NCBI GenBank assembly: GCA_965248265.1
Contig: CBDFJF010000002.1
Coordinates: 64,001-128,000, forward strand
Length of the DNA: 64,000 bases
From: Candidatus Latescibacterota bacterium
Lineage (GTDB): Bacteria; Latescibacterota; UBA2968; UBA8231
Direction of reading: 5' to 3'
In this document: piece by piece, positions 38,076 through 47,926 of the stretch
Layout of the letters: each line of letters opens with the position of its first letter
Position numbering within the stretch: the stretch's first letter is position 1
The notes under the pieces: model-generated
The model's database searches: none
What the model was told of the DNA's origin: nothing
What the model saw: the letters and a program-made list of their open reading frames with translations, nothing else
Translations under genes and position numbers: made by a program

Positions 38076-40799
38076 ATGGAATTGACTTTCGACGAGGTCG
38101 CCCGCTTGCCAATGCCGGGTGACAACGTCGCCATAGCTTCCCGTCGCCTCGAAGAGGGCACTCGAATTCGAAGGCAGGACTCCGTGTTCGAGCTCGATTT
38201 TGCCGTTCTGCACGGACATCGCTTCGCCATCGAAATGATCCCTGCCGGAGACACTCTACTCTCTTGGGAGTTGCCGTTCGGGGTTGCCACTCGTGACATC
38301 GCTCCGGGTCATTACGTTTGCAACGACGGCATGTTGGAAGCGTTGAGGGGTCGAAGCGGCCTCGGTTTCGCATTGCCGGACCAAGCCAATTTCGCCGACC
38401 GTATCCAGCCGTTGACGATGAACGAGGCCGATTTTCAGCCCGGGCAGCAGGTCGATCTCGTCGACGCGGCATCGGAGACTCTTTTCTTCGAAGGCCATGA
38501 TCGCGGCGCACGTGGCGTCGGCACGCGCAATTACATCGCCGTCCTCGGCACGTCCTCACGCACGGCCAGTTTTGCCCGCAATCTGGCAACTCGCCTGCAT
38601 GCGGAAACGGCTGGCAAGCATGCGACCGTCGACGGCATCGTTGCCCTGGCGCATACCGAGGGCGGCGCTCATACAACCCCCAACAATCGAGAGTTGCTGC
38701 TGCGCACACTGGCCGGATTCTGTGTTCATCCAAATGTCGGTGCGGTGCTGGCCGTCGACTACGGCACCGAAGAGGTGTCGAACCACCACCTGCAGCAGTA
38801 CATGCGGCAGCACGACTATCCGATCCAACAACTCCCACATGCTTATATGACCATAGACACTGCCCTCGGGGTTAGAGAGCGGGAGGCCGAAAGCCAGATC
38901 AGACAGTGGCTGGGGCAGATGGAGGGAGACACCCGCACGACCGTACCGGTAAGCAGGATGAAGCTCGCCCTCCAGTGCGGGGGGTCGGACGCGTTCTCAG
39001 GCATATCGGGCAACCCGCTGGCAGGGTGGGTGGCGCGTGAACTCATCCGCCACGGCGGCACCGCCAACCTGGCCGAGACCGACGAACTCATCGGCGCCGA
39101 GCCGTACGTCCTGGCCAACGTACGCGACTTCGAGACGGCGCAGCGATTCCTGGCCATGATCGAGCGCTTTCAGGAGCGCACCGGCCGTCACGGGGTATCC
39201 GCTGAGGGTAACCCATCGGGCGGCAACAAGCTTCGCGGACTCTACAACATCGTTCTCAAGTCAATCGGTGCGGCGCGCAAACGAGATCCAGCGATTCGGT
39301 TGGATGGCGCCATCGAGTACAGCGAGCCGATGGAGGAGCCCGGTTACTATTTCATGGACAGTCCGGGCAACGACCTGGAGAGCATCGCGGGCCAGGTGGC
39401 GTCCGGCTGCAACATGATTTTCTTCGTCACCGGCAACGGTTCGATCACCAACTTCCCGTTCGTGCCCACCATCAAGATCGTTACCACTTCAGAGCGCTTC
39501 GCTCTATTGGCCGACGACATGGACGTGAATGCTGGCGCTTATCAAGACGGCTGCGCTATGGACCAGCTGGGTGCCGAATTGATGGATCTGACGATCCGTG
39601 TCGCCTCGGGTAAGCGTTCGCAGGGCGAGCGCGCCGGGCACACGCAGCTGTCGATCTGGCGTAACTGGGAGCAGGAAGAGGGTTCTTCCAGTCTCGAGGA
39701 CCTGTCACACGCACCTGAACCGACGAATAGACCCATCGAAGTCCGCGTTGAGCCCGGGCCACCCATGCTTTTCGAGGCGATGAACACGGAGCGTGGTCCC
39801 GTTACCGACCAGATCGGGTTGGTCCTGCCGACCAGTCTCTGCTCCGGTCAGATCGCGCGCATGGTGACAGAGCGTCTCAACACCACCGGGTTGGGTAGCG
39901 ACCTGGGGTTGTCGCGTTTCGTCGCGCTCGTGCACACGGAGGGTTGCGGAGTGGGCATGGAGGGCAGGGATGTCGGCGTCGACACGCTCATGGGGTACCT
40001 GTTGCATCCGCTGGTCGGCAAGGGTCTACTGCTCGAACATGGCTGCGAAAAGACTCACAACGACTTTTTTCGTGAACGCCTCAACACGATGGGCACGGGG
40101 AGTGGGGGAGAGCGATTCGGCTGGGCCAGCGTTCAGATGGACGGTGGAATTGAACGCGCCATGGACAACGTGGAAGAGTGGTTCGCCAGCTGCAGGGATG
40201 GTTTCCGCGGGGTCGAGCGGGTAGAGGCAGGGATGGAGACGTTGCGATTGGGGATGACCAGCGATGGTCCGCTAACTGAGCCCGCCGCTTCTGCACTCGC
40301 ACGATTGTGCCAATGGATGGTCGCGGCCGGTGGAACCATCGTGGTGCCGTACAACGCCAGCCTCCTGCGACATCCCGTCTTCTGCGATCGGCTGTTTGAA
40401 GGCTCCCTGCCGGAGGCCAACCTGGCGCACGGCCAGTCCCCGGCGGCAAGCGGGTTTTACCTGATGGAGGTTCCCGTAGACCACTGGGTGGAGACGATGA
40501 CGGGATTGGGAGCGACGGGAGTTGAAATCATGCTCGCCCATGTCGGCGAACATCCGCTTCAGGGTCACCCCATGATTCCGTTGTTGCAGGTCGCGTCAGA
40601 AGCCGGTACAGTAACCGCGTACGGTAGCGACATCGACGCGGAAGTTGATTGCAGTGCGGGAATCGACGACGACGAGCGGGCGCACCAACTGCTGGCGCTT
40701 GTGATGGAAGTGGCCTCGCGAAAACGAGTACCGAGAGCGGTAGAGCAGCGCAACACAGACTTTCAATTGACGCGAGGCTTGCTCGGCGTGTCTCTGTAG
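38076..40799 (+). CDS. UxaA/GarD-family dehydratase with an internal duplication (907 aa)
   Basis: SAF-like DNVAIA..GHRFA, GTRNY, HPNVG, QCGGSD.FSG...NP..G, GNPSGGN and TGNGS; a second copy starts near 39756. Confidence 0.88.
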   Translation: MELTFDEVARLPMPGDNVAIASRRLEEGTRIRRQDSVFELDFAVLHGHRFAIEMIPAGDTLLSWELPFGVATRDIAPGHYVCNDGMLEALRGRSGLGFALPDQANFADRIQPLTMNEADFQPGQQVDLVDAASETLFFEGHDRGARGVGTRNYIAVLGTSSRTASFARNLATRLHAETAGKHATVDGIVALAHTEGGAHTTPNNRELLLRTLAGFCVHPNVGAVLAVDYGTEEVSNHHLQQYMRQHDYPIQQLPHAYMTIDTALGVREREAESQIRQWLGQMEGDTRTTVPVSRMKLALQCGGSDAFSGISGNPLAGWVARELIRHGGTANLAETDELIGAEPYVLANVRDFETAQRFLAMIERFQERTGRHGVSAEGNPSGGNKLRGLYNIVLKSIGAARKRDPAIRLDGAIEYSEPMEEPGYYFMDSPGNDLESIAGQVASGCNMIFFVTGNGSITNFPFVPTIKIVTTSERFALLADDMDVNAGAYQDGCAMDQLGAELMDLTIRVASGKRSQGERAGHTQLSIWRNWEQEEGSSSLEDLSHAPEPTNRPIEVRVEPGPPMLFEAMNTERGPVTDQIGLVLPTSLCSGQIARMVTERLNTTGLGSDLGLSRFVALVHTEGCGVGMEGRDVGVDTLMGYLLHPLVGKGLLLEHGCEKTHNDFFRERLNTMGTGSGGERFGWASVQMDGGIERAMDNVEEWFASCRDGFRGVERVEAGMETLRLGMTSDGPLTEPAASALARLCQWMVAAGGTIVVPYNASLLRHPVFCDRLFEGSLPEANLAHGQSPAASGFYLMEVPVDHWVETMTGLGATGVEIMLAHVGEHPLQGHPMIPLLQVASEAGTVTAYGSDIDAEVDCSAGIDDDERAHQLLALVMEVASRKRVPRAVEQRNTDFQLTRGLLGVSL

Positions 40800-41935
40800 G
40801 GCGACTGCGGCTGCGGACCGCTGCGATAGCGGTTCGATTCAGGCAGCTGCTTGTCCATCAATTCAGTGAAATAATCGAACAGATGAAAGCTGTCGTGCGG
40901 TCCTGGTGAAGCTTCGGGATGGCACTGAATCGAGAAGATCGGCAGACTCCGATGCTGCATCCCCTCAATGCAGCCGTCGTTCAAGTTCATCCGCGTGACC
41001 TCGAGTGAATCCGGCAAGCTATCCGCAGCGATACCCCATCCGTGGTTCTCAGAGGTGATCAGGATCCGTTTTGTGGCCTGCTCTATGATCGGTTGATTTG
41101 CGCCGCGGTGACCGAACTTGAGATGAAAGATCTCAGCGCCTAACGCCAAGCCCAGAATCTCGTGGCCCAGACAGATGCCGAAGATCGGTTTTTCCGATTC
41201 CACCAACTTCCTCGTCGTTTCAACAGCGTAGCCAACAGCGCGCGGGTCGCCCGGACCGTTGGACAGGAAGATTCCATCAGGTCCCAGGGCCAGCGCATCG
41301 TCAGCGGACATCGTCGCCGGCACCACCGTGACACGGCATCCGGCTTCCACCAGTTTGCGGACGATGTTGCGCTTGATGCCAAAGTCGTAGGCCACGACGT
41401 GGAACCGAGGTCGCTCGGGAGTGCACTCGTATGAGCTGCTCGTCGTCACCTCACGGACCAGGTCAATCCCTTCCAGGCCGCTCCACTCGCGAGCGCGACT
41501 GACGAGCTCATCCGGGTCTAAACACTCCGTGGACATGGCCGCATTCATGACACCGTGGATCCGAACTCGGCGGGTCAGCTCACGGGTATCGATTCCCTCT
41601 ATGGCAAACACTTCATTCTCCACGAGATACTCTACCAGGCCTTGCGTCGACCGTCGATTGCTAGGACGACGACAGCACGTCCGCATGATGAACCCGCGTA
41701 CATGCGGTCGATCGGACTCGTCGTCTTCGGGATTGACGCCGTAGTTACCGATATGCGGATAGGTCATCGAGACGATCTGACCGGCGTACGACGGGTCGGT
41801 GAGGATCTCCTGGTAACCGGTCATGCTCGTGTTGAACACGAGTTCACCGAGTTGATCTCCGCCTACCGAGACGTTGCGTCCCTCGAAGATCGTGCCATCG
41901 GACAGTGCCACGAGTGCTGGTTGGCCCCAATTCAT
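40763..41935 (-). CDS. carA: Carbamoyl-phosphate synthase small subunit
   Basis: GELVFNTSMTGYQEILTDPSY, YDFGIK, LSNGPGDP, GICLGH and HPEASPGP. Confidence 0.97.
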   Translation of the reverse strand: MNWGQPALVALSDGTIFEGRNVSVGGDQLGELVFNTSMTGYQEILTDPSYAGQIVSMTYPHIGNYGVNPEDDESDRPHVRGFIMRTCCRRPSNRRSTQGLVEYLVENEVFAIEGIDTRELTRRVRIHGVMNAAMSTECLDPDELVSRAREWSGLEGIDLVREVTTSSSYECTPERPRFHVVAYDFGIKRNIVRKLVEAGCRVTVVPATMSADDALALGPDGIFLSNGPGDPRAVGYAVETTRKLVESEKPIFGICLGHEILGLALGAEIFHLKFGHRGANQPIIEQATKRILITSENHGWGIAADSLPDSLEVTRMNLNDGCIEGMQHRSLPIFSIQCHPEASPGPHDSFHLFDYFTELMDKQLPESNRYRSGPQPQSPYRDTPSKPRVN

Positions 41936-42017
41936 GGTAACCAATATTAACGGTTACCGGAATCTGGGAAAGGGACTAGTGCCCTCCGTGCCAGGGCACT
42001 ATAGGAAGAAACCAAAT

Positions 42018-42058
42018 AAAAAGGAGGAGGTCCCGAGGCTGGGACTTCCTCCTTTTTT
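42018..42058. terminator. Intrinsic terminator, possibly bidirectional, downstream of the SWIB gene
   Basis: AAAAAGGAGGAGGTCCC-GAGGCT-GGGACTTCCTCCTTTTTT. Confidence 0.75.
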
Positions 42059-42093
42059 GCGGTGGGCGACGGGACTTTTGAAAGTCCCGCTAC

Positions 42094-42612
42094 TTACTTC
42101 AGATGGCGATTCACCAATTTCGTCATCTCGAACATACTTACCTGCCTTTTCCCGCCGAATACGAGCTTGAGCTTGGCGTCAGCGTTGATCATTCGCTTGT
42201 TCCGCGAATCCTGCAGGCCATTACGCTTGATATAGGCCCAGATCTTCTTGACGACCTGCGTTCTCGGCAGGGCGGCATTACCGACGACAGCTCCGAGGCT
42301 TGCATCCGGCTGCAGGGGCCTCATGAAGGAGGGGTTAGGTTTGCGCTTTACCTTCTTCTTAGCGGCTTTTTTTTTTACCGCCTTTTTCTTGGTGGCCTTT
42401 TTCTTGGCAGCCTTCTTCTTCGTCTTCTTCTTGGCTACCTTTTTCTTGGCTTTCTTTTTAGTGGCCTTTCTCTTAGTGGCCTTCCTTTTGGCAGCCTTTT
42501 TCTTGGTGGCCTTCTTCTTAGTGGCCTTCTTCTTCGTCTTCTTCTTGGCTACCTTTTTCTTCGCCGCTTTTCTCTTGGTAGCCTTCTTCTTTGCTGCCTT
42601 CTTCTTTGCCAT
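42094..42612 (-). CDS. SWIB/MDM2-domain protein with a histone-H1-like Lys/Ala-rich N-terminus
   Basis: About 90 aa of KKKA(A/T) repeats, then FMRPLQP..L..VVG...PRTQVVKKIWAYIKRNGLQD..NKRMINAD; AAGGAG SD. Confidence 0.92.
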   Translation of the reverse strand: MAKKKAAKKKATKRKAAKKKVAKKKTKKKATKKKATKKKAAKRKATKRKATKKKAKKKVAKKKTKKKAAKKKATKKKAVKKKAAKKKVKRKPNPSFMRPLQPDASLGAVVGNAALPRTQVVKKIWAYIKRNGLQDSRNKRMINADAKLKLVFGGKRQVSMFEMTKLVNRHLK

Positions 42613-43053
42613 CTGCGTTCTCCTTTGTGAGCGCGTGCGGCATCAAGGTGATCCCTTTCGCGGTACTGAAAAAATCACCGGGTCAGCGTATCACCTCTTC
42701 CCCGATGTCATGCGCGTAAAGCTAAATCCCTCCCCTGTACTATGTACAGTTTCATTATTAGCTCGAAGATAGCAAGGTGCCGATAGGTTCGTCAAGCTGA
42801 TTTTGTGTCTGTACACGACTGTAGAGCGCATCATACACATCATGTTGCGCACCGCTATCGCGTGCGTGGTTTGCATCGAGTGCGCGCTTTACCGGTTTGC
42901 GACTGCGCTAGCAGCTACGAAGACCAATCGAAGTCAGGGTTGATTGATCGCGCTTTTGTTTGACAGGATACGAGCGCGAACACTAACTTGCGAAAGCACC
43001 ATCCTTCCTCGTGCAATCTTCATTTTTCAGTTCACCAAAGGCAATGCGACGGC

Positions 43054-43863
43054 GTGCTTGAAGAGCTAAAAATCGGCGTGATTGGTGTCGGCAATATGGG
43101 GTCGAGCTTGGTGCGCGGTTGGCTCGACGGCGGCAGAGTCAAGTCAGGTCTGGTGACCGCAGTTGATCCTCGCGAGGAAGTCCTCGCACCGCTGCGCAGT
43201 GTTGGTGTCACCGTCGGCAGTGATCCGTCGTTGGCGGTGAGTGGCAAGGACCTGGTGGTGCTGGGCATCAAACCACAGATCGCTGACGAGGTGATGAGGG
43301 ACATTGCCCCGGCGCTTCAACCGGGCCAGGTACTGGTGTCGATCATGGCGGGGGTGAGCACGGATGGCATTGAGCGTGCTGCAGCCAAGTCGCAACCGGT
43401 GGTGCGAGTCATGCCGCAGATTCTCGTGTCCCTGCGCGCCGCCGCATCGGCTCTTGCCGCTGGGCGGTATGCAAGCGACGACGATGTTCGACTCGTCCAG
43501 GAACTGTTCGACGAAGTGGGCACGACGGTGATCGTAGAGGAGAAGCAAATGGATGCGGTCACCGGCCTGTCAGGCAGTGGGCCGGCATACGTGTATACTA
43601 TTATAGAGGCCCTGGCTGATGGCGGTGTCCGCATGGGACTGCCCCCAGAGGCGGCATTGAAGCTGGCGGCACAGACAGTCTGTGGTGCAGGGCGGATGGT
43701 TCTGGAAAGCGGGGAGCATCCGGCCGAGTTGAAGGATCGCGTGACTTCTCCGGGTGGAACCACGATTGCCGGGCTGCACGAACTGGAAAAGGGCGGACTC
43801 CGCAAGGCGCTGATCGACGCGGTACAAGCGGCGACGAATCGGTCCATCGAATTGGGTAGATGA
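43054..43863 (+). CDS. proC: Pyrroline-5-carboxylate reductase
   Basis: IGVGNMG, SIMAGV, RVMP, TGLSGSGPAY and VTSPGGTT. Confidence 0.95.
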   Translation: MLEELKIGVIGVGNMGSSLVRGWLDGGRVKSGLVTAVDPREEVLAPLRSVGVTVGSDPSLAVSGKDLVVLGIKPQIADEVMRDIAPALQPGQVLVSIMAGVSTDGIERAAAKSQPVVRVMPQILVSLRAAASALAAGRYASDDDVRLVQELFDEVGTTVIVEEKQMDAVTGLSGSGPAYVYTIIEALADGGVRMGLPPEAALKLAAQTVCGAGRMVLESGEHPAELKDRVTSPGGTTIAGLHELEKGGLRKALIDAVQAATNRSIELGR

Positions 43864-44465
43864 TGATCGTCGTGGCTGATTACGGCATGGGCAATCTGCG
43901 CAGCGTCCAGAAGGCATTCGAGTTTCTCGGGCATCAAGCGGTCGTCACAGAGGATCCTGGCGCGGCCCAAGACGCGAGTCACCTGGTGCTGCCGGGCGAT
44001 GCCGCCTTCGGAGATGCCATGCAGAATATCCAGCGTCTTGGATGGGAGGAGGCTATCCACGCACACGTGCAAACAGGCAAGCCGTTTCTGGGAATCTGCG
44101 TGGGTCTGCAACTGATGTTCGAGCAGAGCGAAGAGCGCGGGCAGCACCGTGGTTTGGGACTTTTGCCCGGCCGGGTATTACGGTTTCCCCCCGCAGAGCG
44201 GGTGCCACAGATCGGCTGGAACCAGATCGCCATCCAACGGCCCGCCCGGATCGTGGAGGGTGTACCCGAGGGCAGCTTTTTCTACTTCGTGCACTCCTTT
44301 TATGTGGCTGAGGCGCGGGGTGAGGACTGTGTGGCGACCACGGAATACGGCCTGCACTACACGTCCATCGCCGAGCGCGACAATGTGATCGGTGTCCAGT
44401 TCCATCCGGAAAAGAGTCAACAGGTCGGGCTGCACATGCTGCAGAATTTCGCGAGCATGAATTAG
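43860..44465 (+). CDS. hisH: Imidazole glycerol phosphate synthase glutaminase subunit
   Basis: DYGMGNLRSV, GICVGLQ, YFVHSF and QFHPEKS. Confidence 0.96.
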   Translation: MMIVVADYGMGNLRSVQKAFEFLGHQAVVTEDPGAAQDASHLVLPGDAAFGDAMQNIQRLGWEEAIHAHVQTGKPFLGICVGLQLMFEQSEERGQHRGLGLLPGRVLRFPPAERVPQIGWNQIAIQRPARIVEGVPEGSFFYFVHSFYVAEARGEDCVATTEYGLHYTSIAERDNVIGVQFHPEKSQQVGLHMLQNFASMN

Positions 44466-44548
44466 GATCGCGCTGCCCCGACCATGTATCCCCTGTTCTT
44501 TCGTATCCTGAACAGCCACGTGACTAGTAGCACCCGAGATCGTCGCCG

Positions 44549-45361
44549 ATGTTAGCCAAGCGCATAATTCCCTGCCTGGATGTCAAAGAAGGGCGCAACG
44601 TCCGTGGGGTCAGGTTCTCCGCTGATCGCGACGCGGGCGATCCGGTCGAACTGGCCATGCGCTACGATCGTGAGGGTGCCGATGAGTTGGTGTTCTACGA
44701 TATCACAGCTTCATCCGACGGGCGCGCCATCGTCATGGACCTGGTGCGCGCCGTCTCCGAGCAGGTGTTCATTCCGCTGACGGTCGGCGGCGGCATGCGG
44801 ACATACGACGACATGCGGGAAATGCTCAAGGGTGGGGCAGATAAGGTCTCCATCAACTCCGGGGCAGTGGCTGATCCGGACATCATCCGGCAGGGAGCAG
44901 AGAGTTTCGGAAGTCAATGCATCGTCGGAGCCATCGACGCTCAACGACGTGAGGCAGAGCCGGGCACACCACCGTCGTGGGAGATCTACGTCAATGGTGG
45001 CCGCAAGAACACGGGCATCGACGCGTTGGAATGGGTTGAAGAACTCGTCGATCGCGGGGCTGGAGAGCTCGTCCTCAACAGCATTGATGCCGATGGCACA
45101 CGTGAGGGCTACGATCTGGCCCTCAACCAGGCGGTGGCTGAACGCGTCGGAGTGCCGATCGTGGCTTCGGGCGGGTGTGGCACGATTGAGCATATCTACG
45201 AAGTCTTGACCGAGGGCCAGGCAAGCGCGGCGCTGGCGGCCTCGATCTTTCACTTCGAAGACTATGCCATCCCCGAGGTGAAGACCTATCTACGCGAACG
45301 CGGCGTCGTCGTCAGGGACTACGTCACAAGCGCTGGCGTCAAGGTCGCCGAGGAAGATTGA
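44549..45361 (+). CDS. hisF: Imidazole glycerol phosphate synthase cyclase subunit
   Basis: [31 protein letters not shown] and ALAASIFH. Confidence 0.97.
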   Translation: MLAKRIIPCLDVKEGRNVRGVRFSADRDAGDPVELAMRYDREGADELVFYDITASSDGRAIVMDLVRAVSEQVFIPLTVGGGMRTYDDMREMLKGGADKVSINSGAVADPDIIRQGAESFGSQCIVGAIDAQRREAEPGTPPSWEIYVNGGRKNTGIDALEWVEELVDRGAGELVLNSIDADGTREGYDLALNQAVAERVGVPIVASGGCGTIEHIYEVLTEGQASAALAASIFHFEDYAIPEVKTYLRERGVVVRDYVTSAGVKVAEED

Positions 45362-46524
45362 TGGCGAAGCGGACCGTTACCGATCAGGTCGATCGAACCG
45401 ACCGTGCCAGCCGGATGAACAAGGTCAAGCGCCTGGTCGTCAAGGTCGGCAGCCGCGTGGTGGCGGGGGGGAGCAACCAACTCGATCGCCGAGTGCTGCA
45501 GCGACTGGCGGATGACGTGGTAGCGCTGAAGGAGCGCGGGTTGGAGGTTGCGGTGGTGTCCTCCGGAGCGGTGGCCGCCGGCATGGGTCGTCTCCATCTG
45601 GAGAGTCGTCCCACGGCCATCACTGAATTGCAAGCCGTGGCGGCGGTAGGTCAGAATTTGCTGATGAGTACTTACGAGGGTTTGTTCAAGCGCCATGATG
45701 TGGCGGTCGGGCAGGTCCTGTTGACGGCCGAAGATATTCTCGAAGACCGACAGCGGTATCTCAACCTGCGCAACACGTTTCGACAACTGTTCGCCTACGG
45801 CGCCGTCCCCGTGATCAATGAGAATGACAGCGTCGCCGTGGCCGAGCTCAAGCGCACTTTCGGAGAGAACGACGCACTGGCGGCCTACGTGGCCAATCTC
45901 ATACGGGCGGAGTTGCTCGTTATCTTCAGCGACGTGGACGGACTGTACCCCGCCTATGGCCCCGGCGGTCCAGAGGGCGAAATCATTGCCACCATCGATG
46001 GCGGCACGGATCTGGATACGCTGGTACTCGGACACGGGACCAGTCACGGTGGCAGCGGCGGCATGCAGACGAAGGTCAAGGCGGCGCGGTTGCTGATGGC
46101 ATGCGGTGAGATGACTGTCATCGCCAACGGCAACCGTCACCGGCTGCTCGACATACTGAATGGCAAGCCGCTGGGCACCCTGTTCGAGCCGGCTCGAAAG
46201 CGCCTCGGCAGTCGCAAGCGCTGGATCGGTTTCGCCTCGCCGTGCAAGGGCAGCTTGACGGTGGATACTGGTGCGGAACGGGCCATCACCAAGCAGGGGC
46301 GCAGTTTGCTGCCCGCCGGGGTGCTGGGTCATGACGGCTGCTTTGCACCCGGTGACGTCGTGCGGGTTGAGAATATCAGGAATGCGGAGGTCGCCCGCGG
46401 GTTAACGCGCTACGCGTCGGAAGAGATCGAACGTATTCGCGGGAAGAGTTCGCCGGATGTCGAGCGGGAGCTGGGGCGTCCGGCATTGGAGGTCATTCAC
46501 CGTGACGATCTGGTCTTGATATAG
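45361..46524 (+). CDS. proB: Glutamate 5-kinase with PUA domain
   Basis: VVKVGS, VSSGAVAAG, PVINEND, GGM.TK, SLLPAG and IHRDDLV. Confidence 0.96.
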   Translation: MAKRTVTDQVDRTDRASRMNKVKRLVVKVGSRVVAGGSNQLDRRVLQRLADDVVALKERGLEVAVVSSGAVAAGMGRLHLESRPTAITELQAVAAVGQNLLMSTYEGLFKRHDVAVGQVLLTAEDILEDRQRYLNLRNTFRQLFAYGAVPVINENDSVAVAELKRTFGENDALAAYVANLIRAELLVIFSDVDGLYPAYGPGGPEGEIIATIDGGTDLDTLVLGHGTSHGGSGGMQTKVKAARLLMACGEMTVIANGNRHRLLDILNGKPLGTLFEPARKRLGSRKRWIGFASPCKGSLTVDTGAERAITKQGRSLLPAGVLGHDGCFAPGDVVRVENIRNAEVARGLTRYASEEIERIRGKSSPDVERELGRPALEVIHRDDLVLI

Positions 46525-46686
46525 TGTCCTGTCTCAGAAATATGTCGACATTCTTCCGCCGATCCATCCCTGCTCGCTGCGTTACCTTCGCTCGCCGTAC
46601 TCCACCAGTACGACTCGCTCAGGCGCCTTGCGAGCCGGGCGCCTCGGCGGCCGAATTTCGTCAACCTATTTCTGAGACAGGACACT
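46523..46686. mobile_element. MITE/REP-like non-autonomous element (164 bp)
   Basis: Perfect 20-bp terminal inverted repeats AGTGTCCTGTCTCAGAAATA (46523-46542) and TATTTCTGAGACAGGACACT (46667-46686); internal hairpin GTACT-CCACC-AGTAC; no transposase. Confidence 0.7.
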
Positions 46687-46711
46687 CGTGCCACAGGTAG
46701 ATAGACGGCGG

Positions 46712-47059
46712 ATGGCGACCAGCATGGGACGGGAGGCCAACGGGCTGCTCATGACGCGCGCCTCTCGGCGCTGGAAAGCGATCCTGGCCGTCGGGATAGT
46801 CGCCGCCGGTCTTTTCCTGTTTCTGAGCGGCGAAGATGGCTACGTGCAGGTGCATGCGAAGAAGCAGGAGTTGGCACAACTGCGAGAACGAATCGAAGTA
46901 TTGGAAGTTCAGAATGACAGCTTGAGGCATCAGCTGTGGCAACTCGACAACGACATCGACTATATCGAGAAAGTGGCGCGAGAAGAATTTGGCATGGCGC
47001 GTCCCGGCGAGAGTGTGTACCGAATCGAACGTTCCGATGATGCTCTGAACGAGCCATAG
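46712..47059 (+). CDS. ftsB: Septum formation initiator (FtsB/DivIC family); start uncertain
   Basis: One TM helix, a coiled coil and YIEKVAREEFGMARPGE. Confidence 0.88.
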   Translation: MATSMGREANGLLMTRASRRWKAILAVGIVAAGLFLFLSGEDGYVQVHAKKQELAQLRERIEVLEVQNDSLRHQLWQLDNDIDYIEKVAREEFGMARPGESVYRIERSDDALNEP

Positions 47060-47065
47060 TCCTAC

Positions 47066-47884
47066 ATGCCGTGCACGCTGGCCAAGACTCAAGCGATCGT
47101 CCTGCGCGTCAGGCGCATGGGCGAGACCAGCAAGCTCGTCACGCTGTACACGGAGGATTTCGGCAAGGTCAAGGTGGTGGCCAAGGGGGCGCGCAAACCG
47201 AAAAGCAAGTTTGGCGCAGCCCTGGAACTGATGACGGAAATCCAGGTGGTCTTCTACCTGCGCGACGACCGCGAGCTGCAGACGCTCAGCGACTGCGACG
47301 TGACGTGTTCGCACCCGGGTCTACTCAGTGTCCTGCAACGGCTCTCCTACGGCAGCGCCGTCTGCGAGTTGATCGATCGACTGACGATAGAAGGCGAGGG
47401 GGGGAACCGGCGGCTTTATCGTTGCATTGCTGGAGTTCTCGTCGGTCTCGAGGAGGTCAGCGCACCGCAGACCGAAGCGCTGTTCTGGTATTTCCAGCTG
47501 CGCATGGCGGAGTCGTTGGGATACCGCCCCGAGCTCGGGCACTGTGTCGATTGTCTGTCCGCACTCGAGGGACGCTCGCTGTGGTTTAGTCCTGCGTTAG
47601 GGGGTGGGTTGTGCACGAGTTGCGGCAGATCAGCCGCAAGCGACGGTGATGGTAGTGGCTACGACGCCCAACCAACGCATGCCTTTCGTGTGGATGGAGA
47701 CAACATTCGGTTTCTGGCCGGGCTTCAGAGCCTGGCCAAGTACGACAAGCACGCCATTCCCGCAGCCTTGCCCAGGCCGCGGGGAAGAGAAATCCGCAGC
47801 ATGTTGCTGCGGTTCCTGGAATTTCACGCCGGCCAGAGCGGCCGTCTCAAGTCGCTGGAATTCCTGGAGTCGGTGAACGGGTGA
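47066..47884 (+). CDS. recO: DNA repair protein RecO
   Basis: AIVLR...GETSKLVTLYT..GKV..VAKGARKPKS and GYRPEL..CxxC...GG.CxxC zinc finger. Confidence 0.93.
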   Translation: MPCTLAKTQAIVLRVRRMGETSKLVTLYTEDFGKVKVVAKGARKPKSKFGAALELMTEIQVVFYLRDDRELQTLSDCDVTCSHPGLLSVLQRLSYGSAVCELIDRLTIEGEGGNRRLYRCIAGVLVGLEEVSAPQTEALFWYFQLRMAESLGYRPELGHCVDCLSALEGRSLWFSPALGGGLCTSCGRSAASDGDGSGYDAQPTHAFRVDGDNIRFLAGLQSLAKYDKHAIPAALPRPRGREIRSMLLRFLEFHAGQSGRLKSLEFLESVNG

Positions 47885-47926
47885 ACGAGCGCCCGACGGG
47901 CACTGAATAGGTCAAGGAAGTAGACG

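Noticed and set aside
40763-40799. 37-nt convergent overlap of the UxaA-like gene and carA (and 8 nt for YyaL/arsS)
   Set aside because: Short 3' overlaps are common in GC-rich genomes.
42103-42772. Phe/Leu-rich membrane-like ORFs on the plus strand
   Set aside because: Antisense mirror of the Lys/Ala repeats in the SWIB gene.
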